This document shows, piece after piece, positions 63,142 to 64,000 of a stretch of 64,000 nucleotides of DNA. Within the stretch, counting starts at the first letter, position 1; each line of letters starts with the position of its first letter. Under the pieces are notes generated by a model that was given only the letters and a program-made list of their open reading frames with translations, was not told where the DNA came from and ran no database searches. Position numbers and translations under genes: made by a program. The stretch spans positions 864,001 through 928,000 of the forward strand of contig CP000070.1 in the NCBI GenBank assembly GCA_000002445.1, given 5' to 3'. Source of the DNA: Trypanosoma brucei (lineage: Eukaryota).

Positions 63142-64000
63142 CTAGTTTATCCCAAGTCGCTTCGCTAGGTCTGTGAGAGTGATGACAGGGTGAACACCTG
63201 ATGCCTTAGCATCTTCAGCAACGTTGGGTTCAGCAGTTATGAAAGCAACTTTGGTATGTTTCGCCGCCTGTATTGCATGAAACAACCTAATGCAACGGGA
63301 TTCATTAAGCCGTTCTTCCGTCTTCCACTTTCCCACTGTAACCGCAGCAGGATTCATTGCCAACTGCATTGTGAGAGAAAGGGGGAGCACCACAAACCAG
63401 GCGTATCGTGAGATCCACTCGAAGAGAAACTTTCGACCGTCATCAGTCAACTGTTCGGCTGTGCACACATCAAAGGGAACAAACGCAATGGCACCCATCT
63501 TTGTTGCGTATCCGTCCATCATCTTTGCAAAAGCCTCTGCTAGGGGAGGAGACTTCACGAGACTAGAAATGGCGCTTTCACAAACAACTGTACAGTAAAC
63601 ATGCGGCGACGTCAACAAACCGGCAAGGGCTTGCTCAACTGTGGTGCCGCATGTTTTTTCCGCCAAATCTCTGCCACCCAATAGTGATGCGAGTGGGCGG
63701 CTCTGGGGAATGGTACGGAGCGCATCAAGGGAGGTACCGTCACCGATACCACCGGAGCCGGATGATGCAACCGCAGGGCGCAACGCATAATAGAGAGCTT
63801 CAACGTTAAATGGCTCGACAGATGCCGCCACGCCTGCTGGGGTCGCTCGCCCTCCAAAAAGTTTCACGGGACATCGTAACGAGTTGGCCACTTCACTAAT
63901 GAAGGCACTGGCACCTACAGGCCTTCCAATGTCAATAATCGCACTAAACAGAGCCATACAAACAAATTCATCGCCGTCGCGCACACATAAACGTGCGAGA
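63142..64000 (-). CDS. Hypothetical protein. The 5' end lies beyond the right window edge; the ORF-track 'M' at 63984 is actually GTG, and the frame stays open to position 64000.
   Basis: A same-strand ORF of at least 286 codons. It has Gly-rich loops (SSGSGGIGDG) and a possible nucleotide-binding alpha/beta fold. No confident family assignment. Confidence 0.5.
   Translation of the reverse strand, partial: LARLCVRDGDEFVCMALFSAIIDIGRPVGASAFISEVANSLRCPVKLFGGRATPAGVAASVEPFNVEALYYALRPAVASSGSGGIGDGTSLDALRTIPQSRPLASLLGGRDLAEKTCGTTVEQALAGLLTSPHVYCTVVCESAISSLVKSPPLAEAFAKMMDGYATKMGAIAFVPFDVCTAEQLTDDGRKFLFEWISRYAWFVVLPLSLTMQLAMNPAAVTVGKWKTEERLNESRCIRLFHAIQAAKHTKVAFITAEPNVAEDAKASGVHPVITLTDLAKRLGIN

Overview
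The window reads as nuclear DNA from a kinetoplastid, most probably an African trypanosome of the Trypanosoma brucei group. The evidence: about 23 intron-less protein-coding genes lie head-to-tail on the minus strand with none on the plus strand, which is the layout of a single polycistronic transcription unit. Intergenic regions carry purine tracts on the plus strand, which are the polypyrimidine trans-splicing tracts in the sense orientation, and many (TA)n and (CA)n microsatellites. The 367-aa ORF at 14019..15122 is an unmistakable farnesyl pyrophosphate synthase and matches what I remember of the TbFPPS protein; this is memory, not a database hit. No rRNA, tRNA, CRISPR array, transposase or bacterial-type operon or defence system is visible.

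The left 7.9 kb is the 5' part of a giant repetitive coiled-coil gene that runs off the left edge. It contains about 30 near-identical 105-bp (35-aa) repeats, 4 units of 102 bp, degenerate relatives of the same repeat, and a 1208-bp higher-order repeat. By locus context it is probably the flagellum attachment zone giant protein FAZ10. Because the repeats leave every frame open, the two longest ORF-track entries here (1769..5353 on - and 2111..5065 on +) are wrong-frame or wrong-strand artefacts.

Products I can support from the translations: a MidA/DUF185 methyltransferase, a DHHC palmitoyltransferase, FPPS, an IFT74-like coiled-coil protein, MAK16, a MORN-repeat protein, a 4-EF-hand centrin, FKBP12, a cyclophilin, a tandem pair of EF-hand proteins with different repeat tails, a MAM33/p32-family protein, a SAC-domain phosphoinositide phosphatase, an mPGES2-like Grx/GST protein, a mitochondrial pyruvate carrier, a Vac14-like HEAT protein, a C2-domain protein with nested charged repeats, a CFAP43/44-like WD40 plus coiled-coil protein, and several hypotheticals.

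The least explained feature is a 7.2-kb interval (31.7-38.9 kb) with no credible ORF inside an otherwise dense gene array. I found no candidate for a new prokaryote-style system; the unusual content is eukaryotic repeat and gene architecture.
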